Part shown: positions 46,583 to 52,362 of the stretch, piece by piece | Layout of the letters: every line of letters begins with the position of its first letter | Numbering within the stretch: position 1 is the first letter of the stretch | NCBI RefSeq assembly: GCF_001194135.2 | Contig: NC_068983.1 | Span: forward strand, 123,450,173 to 123,502,534 | Reading direction: 5' to 3' | Source: Octopus bimaculoides | Lineage: Eukaryota | DNA length: 52,362 nt | Notes under the pieces: generated by a model | Told to the model about the DNA's origin: nothing | Database searches by the model: none | The model's input: the letters and a program-made list of their open reading frames with translations, nothing else | Program-made: the position numbers and the translations under genes

Positions 46583-49152
46583 CAACGGTGGGCTGACTAT
46601 GAAGGAGTGATGCTAAAGCTGTGGAATGTTGCAGCTATTGATAACTGCATTTTTCTTTCTGGGTAAATTGACATCTGACTGTTCAAAGAAGACTTCAAAA
46701 TAAAAAAAGCTAGAAGCAACAGCTGATATGATCTCACCATCACTGCAATAATAGTTCCCAGCCATTTGCTTTTTATATTAGGGGACAAATGATTGTCATA
46801 TGGGGCCAAATCCAGAGAATAGGGAGGCTGATCAATCAGTTCAAAGCCACAGCAACCATTGAAATGAAGGGCTTGTGTGCTGGAGAATTGCTTTGATGAA
46901 ACAAGTCCCTTTTTGTCAGTTTGCTTGGGCGTTTGGTCTTGATAGCCTTTCGTAACTGCCTCAACAATTTGACATTGTACTCTCCATTGATGTGGCCACT
47001 TTGAAGATAGTCAATAAACACAATGCCTTTTGCATCACCAAAAAAACTGAAGCCAACACTCATCCTGGATTAGGAAACATTCAGGGAATCCAACTGGATC
47101 TGCCTCAAACAATGTCAGATTTTCTTGTGATGTGATCAACCTGAGGTGCTTTTGACTAAGTGTCAGATGACATGTCATCCACCGAGTAGAAACCTTTGTC
47201 ATGCCAAGTTCATTGTGTAGAATATTCTCATCTTTCTCACAGGATATGCTAATAGCATTCATCATCATTATCATCATCGTTTAACGTCCACTTTCCATGC
47301 TAGCATGGGTTGGACAATTTGACTGAGGACTGGTGAAACCAGATGGCAGCACCAGGCTCCAATCTGATTCTGGCAATGTTTCTACAGCTGGATGCCCTTC
47401 CTAACGCCAACCACTCAGAGTGTGTAGTGAGTGCTTTTACGTGTCACCCGCACGAAGGCCAGTCAGGTACTGGCAACGGCCACGCTCAAACTGGTGTATT
47501 TTATGTGCCACCCACACAAGAGTCAGTCCAGGGGCACTGGCAATGATCTCGCTCAGAAATCCTACGAAGGCCAGTCAGGCGGTACTGGCAACGGCCACAC
47601 TCAAAATNNNNNNNNNNNNNNNNNNNNNNNNNNNNNNNNNNNNNNNNNNNNNNNNNNNNNNNNNNNNNNNNNNNNNNNNNNNNNNNNNNNNNNNNNNNNN
47701 NNNNNNNNNNNNNNNNNNNNNNNNNNNNNNNNNNNNNNNNNNNNNNNNNNNNNNNNNNNNNNNNNNNNNNNNNNNNNNNNNNNNNNNNNNNNNNNNNNNN
47801 NNNNNNNNNNNNNNNNNNNNNNNNNNNNNNNNNNNNNNNNNNNNNNNNNNNNNNNNNNNNNNNNNNNNNNNNNNNNNNNNNNNNNNNNNNNNNNNNNNNN
47901 NNNNNNNNNNNNNNNNNNNNNNNNNNNNNNNNNNNNNNNNNNNNNNNNNNNNNNNNNNNNNNNNNNNNNNNNNNNNNNNNNNNNNNNNNNNNNNNNNNNN
48001 NNNNNNNNNNNNNNNNNNNNNNNNNNNNNNNNNNNNNNNNNNNNNNNNNNNNNNNNNNNNNNNNNNNNNNNNNNNNNNNNNNNNNNNNNNNNNNNNNNNN
48101 NNNNNNNNNNNNNNNNNNNNNNNNNNNNNNNNNNNNNNNNNNNNNNNNNNNNNNNNNNNNNNNNNNNNNNNNNNNNNNNNNNNNNNNNNNNNNNNNNNNN
48201 NNNNNNNNNNNNNNNNNNNNNNNNNNNNNNNNNNNNNNNNNNNNNNNNNNNNNNNNNNNNNNNNNNNNNNNNNNNNNNNNNNNNNNNNNNNNNNNNNNNN
48301 NNNNNNNNNNNNNNNNNNNNNNNNNNNNNNNNNNNNNNNNNNNNNNNNNNNNNNNNNNNNNNNNNNNNNNNNNNNNNNNNNCTCTGAACTTTGCCCAGGC
48401 TATTCTTATTCTAGCAGCTACACTTTCAGCACACCCACCCCCACTACTAACTTGGTCACCCAGATAGCGGAAGCTATCAACTACCTCTAGTTTTTCTCCC
48501 TGGAATGAGACAGAAGTTGTTTCCTGTTTGTTTACAGTGTTTATTGCACCTGAACATCTGCCACATACAAAAACTAACTTCCTAGTTAACCTGCCTTTGA
48601 TATTGCTGCACCTCTTATGTGTCCATAGCTTGCACTGGGTACATCTTATAGAGTTACTACCTACTCCTTTTCTACATACTGAGCAGGGCCATCTACCTGA
48701 AGGGATTTGTGTTTTATCTACCTTCCTGTTTATTAGGATTTTGGTTTTAGCTGTTTAATTTATAGTCAAATGCCTGTCATCCATCACCATGTAGTGAACA
48801 TGGCCAATATTTTCATTAGTGGTGGCAGTTGCAGGATGTCGAAACCTTGGGTCATTTTTAAGACTCTCTTCTAAACTCAGCTGCTCTCTTTTGCTATGTT
48901 AGCATGAATGTCCTTGAGAGCTAAGCCATTTATTTACAGATACTTGATAACACCATGATGCCAAATTTTGTCCATTTTCAAGAGGAGCCACTACCAGTTA
49001 CATTTGAAGTCTTCTTTGAAGAGTCAGATGTCAGTTTACCTGAAAGGAAACAATGCTGTTATTAATAAGAACTGAAATTAATGCATCCAAGATTTCACAG
49101 CTCTAGCATCATTCCTTCATAGTCAGCCTATGAATCTTTCAGCCCATCTTTG
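46583..49152 (-). mobile_element. Mariner transposon split by an RTE LINE insertion
   Basis: TA-flanked TIRs share GGCTGACTATGAAGGA(G/A)TGATGCTA. The N-terminus MDKIWHHGVIKYL...MVMDDRHLTIN (48990-48765) continues on the other side as NAISIS...ILHNELGMTKVSTRW and DAKGIVFIDYLQSG. Confidence 0.9.
47262..48760 (-). mobile_element. 5'-truncated, apparently young RTE LINE (ORF2 end with PHD finger, N gap, 3' UTR and (GAT)n tail)
   Basis: Open frame 48760 to 48382: AKTKILINRKVDKTQIPSGRWPCSVC...CGRCSGAINTVNKQETTSVSFQGEKLEVVDSFRYLGDQVSSGGGCAESVAARIRIAWAKFR. The 3' UTR matches 36590-37225. Confidence 0.9.
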
Positions 49153-49490
49153 TATTCCAAAAAATATTCAGACAGTGGATATTTGAAAAGAAAACTAGGC
49201 TTGGTTTACCAGCTGATGATCAGAAATAAGTAACTCTGAGTACTGGAAGCGAGAGACTTTCATTCATAATACATTAAGGAATACTCTGCATTTGTATTGA
49301 GTCCTGTAATTTATCACTTCTGATGAATTAACAGATATATGAATATAAAAATGTGTATGAGTGTGTGTGTGTGTGTGTGTGTGTGTAGGTATATATATAN
49401 NNNNNNNNNNNNNNNNNNNNNNNNNNNNNNNNNNNNNNNNNNNNNNNNNNNNNNNNNNNNNNNNNNNNNNNNNNNNNNNNNNNNNNNNNN

Positions 49491-49861
49491 TATAAAATTT
49501 TATAATTATAAGCATAATTATAATTAGGGTTCAGCAAATTGCTTCAGCACATACCAATTCATGTAGGCAAAGAGAAAAAATAACGAATCCATCCGGCTTT
49601 GATCAACCACATACTTGTTTCTGGATTAAAGTGATGTAAAATTTTTATTTTTACTCACTTATTTCTTTCTTCAGTGTAGTAGCTGGGTGGATATGCTATT
49701 TTTTTTCTTTTTGCCTACGAGAATTGGGAGTATTGCTGTCTGGGAGATATCTTATGGTAGAGGAATAGTTTTTAACTGCTATTTCTAAATTTCAGTATGT
49801 GGTGAAGCAATTTGCTGAACCATAATTATAAATATGCTTATAATTATAAAATTTTTGTATA
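49491..49861. mobile_element. Fold-back MITE with about 60-bp AT-rich TIRs and internal inverted repeats
   Basis: Left AAAATTTTATAATTATAAGCATAATTATAATTAGGGTTCAGCAAATTGCTTCAGCACATAC; right end reverse complement AAAATTTTATAATTATAAGCATATTTATAATTATGGTTCAGCAAATTGCTTCACCACATAC. Inner pair GTAGGCAAAGAGAAAAAATA / TATTTTTTTCTTTTTGCCTAC. The left end abuts an N gap. Confidence 0.85.
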
Positions 49862-50269
49862 AGGTTTACCGATAAAGGTTATTGTAACATACTGAACTAC
49901 TTGGTAAAATTATTAATTATAATTGATTATTATTAACAGTAAATTAATCATCATCCCTTACAGCTGTTTCAATTAATACCCAGTAAACATTAAGTAAATG
50001 TTAAATTTATATGACCTGATCATAATATCTTCAGAGGGAAAAAAATATACCCTTGGATGTTTTATATGTGTTAATGGATTCATTATAGCAGATTCAACAA
50101 ATCAACAAATGCTAAAGTGAGAGTCCTGATGGAGCATCTATCTGGTAACCTAACCCACTGGAAATAGCAGCCAAATATCATTCAAATTACACAATATTGC
50201 TTTAAAGAAAGAAACAATATTTAGATATTGTTGTCCTAGACATCACATTATGTATATATAATGCTGTGC

Positions 50270-50730
50270 ATCTCCCACAAAGTTACTATTCATTAGCCTT
50301 CCTTTGGTTCCACCATATAGCTTGCCTTTGATTCCACTACACCTCTTTTGCACTCATAGATCACATTGAGTACATCATATGGAATTTCTACCTTCTATTT
50401 TCTGTGTAATGAGCATATTGAGCATCACCATTGCCTTAATGGTAGCAAGACCCTAGCTTCTTTTCTACTAAGTAAAACTTTTGTCTTTGCTAAGTTTACT
50501 TTGTGAACCCTTGATTTTGGCTTTAACTCCAACATTTGGAATTTCTTTTCTAAGTTTTCTGCACTTACTGTTAAAAGAACAAATTATTTAAAAATTGAAC
50601 TACACACTAAATTCCTCACTGAAGTTATTGACAGCTCTCACTTTACTGACTATCTCTGTCCATGGATTTCACCACTCTCACAAGCCCTTCATCTATACCT
50701 AGTTCTCTTAGAGAATACCAGACTGTAGGT
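50270..50730 (-). mobile_element. Old RTE LINE RT fragment with decayed PHD motif
   Basis: Reverse strand VWYSLRELGIDEGLVRVVKSM, VNLAKTKVLLS and GRNSI*CTQCDL*VQKRCSGIKGKL. Confidence 0.75.
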
Positions 50731-51916
50731 CATGATATCAAGTCTTCTTTAAATCAACAAATGCTAAGGTGAGAGTCCTGATGGAGCATCTATGTGGTAA
50801 ACTAACTCACTGGAAATAGTAACCAAATATTGTTCACTTTACACCATACTGCATTAAAGAAAGTAACAATAATTTTGATATTGTTGTCTTAGACATCGCA
50901 TATCTGAAGACAGAATGGCTATTGCTGAACTGTCTTTGATAATAAGTCTGCTCAATCAGTAGTTGACCTGGGATTGAATAGCAACAACATTGTCTTTCCT
51001 GTATTATACTCTATAAATTTTAACTAATCCTTCTTCTGCAGTCAATGTCTTCCTTCCAGCTACTAAGCTCCATCATTAACCACTGTAATCTACATCACTT
51101 ATTCTAATCTACAAACTATAGCAAGAATGAACAAATAATCTATAAGATCGATGGATTTCTTCCTCTTTCTCCTCTACTTCCATCTCTTTCTTTTCCGCTT
51201 ACCACTCTTTCAAATCCTACTTCTCCTTCCACTTCCTTCCTCTTCTCTCTCTTATTTGCACACTTCCTCTTCCTTCTATAATTTCTTCTTCAGTTCTTCC
51301 CCCTCTTCCTTTTCCTCTAACTTGATGTTAGTGAAAGAACCTAATAATGTGTATGTATCAAATCTCTCAGCCGATTCACATAAATCTTTAAAAAACCCAT
51401 TAACCTTATCCAGTGAACAGGTTATACATATCTTTTGTATTGTGATTAGCCACAGCCATAATAACTAATATCTAATGTTGTCTCTCGTCTCTATTCAAAG
51501 CAACTTTTGTCTCATTCAAACATTTAATTCTTGTTTACAGATTATGACAAGAGATTATTCAATAAATTGGAAAAGTTACTTTGAAGATATTGTTGTTCTC
51601 ATCAGATACTAAAGTAATTCCATGAAATGTAATTTGAAATGTAACTGATGAAAATTAATTCATAAATCACCTGTTGTATTGATTAATGCTTTCTGACTAT
51701 GCTGCCTAGTTATCACAATCATTTTGCTTTCATTTTAATGCCTATTTAACTAGTCCACTATCTTGCACATTAATTCTATCATGTTAGTAATGGTTGTACT
51801 TTTGTTAAAACTTATAAAAGGTTGCTGTTTACCACCAAGTTAATCCTGGTCAAGCAGGCCTACCATCAAAGGCATCCGGCCATTATCATCTCATCTTATT
51901 TTCAAACTTTATCTGT

Positions 51917-51957
<41 letters not shown>

Positions 51958-52087
51958 TTTGCATACATACAAGTGTATACACACACACATATGGATGTGT
52001 GTGCATATGTATATAAGTGTGTATATATATGTATATATGTGTATATATATGTATATATGTATATGTATATGTATATATAAATATATA

Positions 52088-52362
52088 TAGCCAAATCGAC
52101 TACATCCTCGCCAGAAATAGGGAAAGAGGGCGGCTTATAAATGCCAAAACCTACCCTGGCGAAGAATGTACCCCACAACATAGATTAGTAGTTAGCGACT
52201 TTGGGATCAAGGCAAAATGGGTGCCCAGAATTAGACAGGCTTGGAGGAGAAGGGTGTGGAAGCTTTAAGACCCTGCAAACGGACAGAGACTTAGAGACAA
52301 GTTACTTGAAGCATTTAACGAAATAGAAGGGGATATAGCATCATACAACGTGGAAGACAATT
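52088..52362 (+). mobile_element. LINE (RTE-like) apurinic endonuclease C-terminal fragment, running off the window
   Basis: SQIDYILARNRERGRLINAKTYPGEECTPQHRLVVSDF contains the APE motifs IDY and QHRLV. Confidence 0.85.

Noticed and set aside
49210-49240. CTGATGATCAGAAA as a hammerhead core
   Set aside because: There is no room for helix II and no supporting helices I or III.
50100-50910. About 150-bp local duplication (50100-50250 and 50750-50910)
   Set aside because: Both look like diverged copies of a dispersed family also seen near 960, 5465 and 33240, so this is not a specific local structure.
51541-51615. Possible exon after TTCTTGTTTACAG
   Set aside because: All frames close quickly or lack a donor, and there is no FA2H motif.

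Overview
AT-rich, repeat-saturated eukaryotic genomic window with many N gaps. The repeat families and microsatellite load suggest an octopod cephalopod draft assembly (inference, not checked by search). The only host coding sequence I can support is the first coding exon (4194-4499, +) of a cytochrome-b5-domain gene, most likely fatty acid 2-hydroxylase (FA2H). I found no downstream exon, so the remaining ~48 kb is probably its first intron. That space holds several tRNA-derived SINE families, RTE, R4/Dong-type and Penelope-like retroelements, mariner and pogo/Tigger relics, several MITEs, one non-autonomous Helitron and microsatellites. Most notable: (i) hammerhead-ribozyme-like motifs in three repeat families, including a tRNA-headed Penelope tail and a core variant with a U3-A8 pair; (ii) an open-frame PHD finger inside the RT region of an RTE LINE; (iii) a fold-back MITE with head-to-head telomeric repeats; (iv) a MITE with convergent CTCF-like motifs in its TIRs; (v) an apparent 5'-to-3' loss of CpG across the intron. 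Most long ORFs in the supplied track are microsatellite or N-gap artefacts. Boundaries of old elements are approximate.
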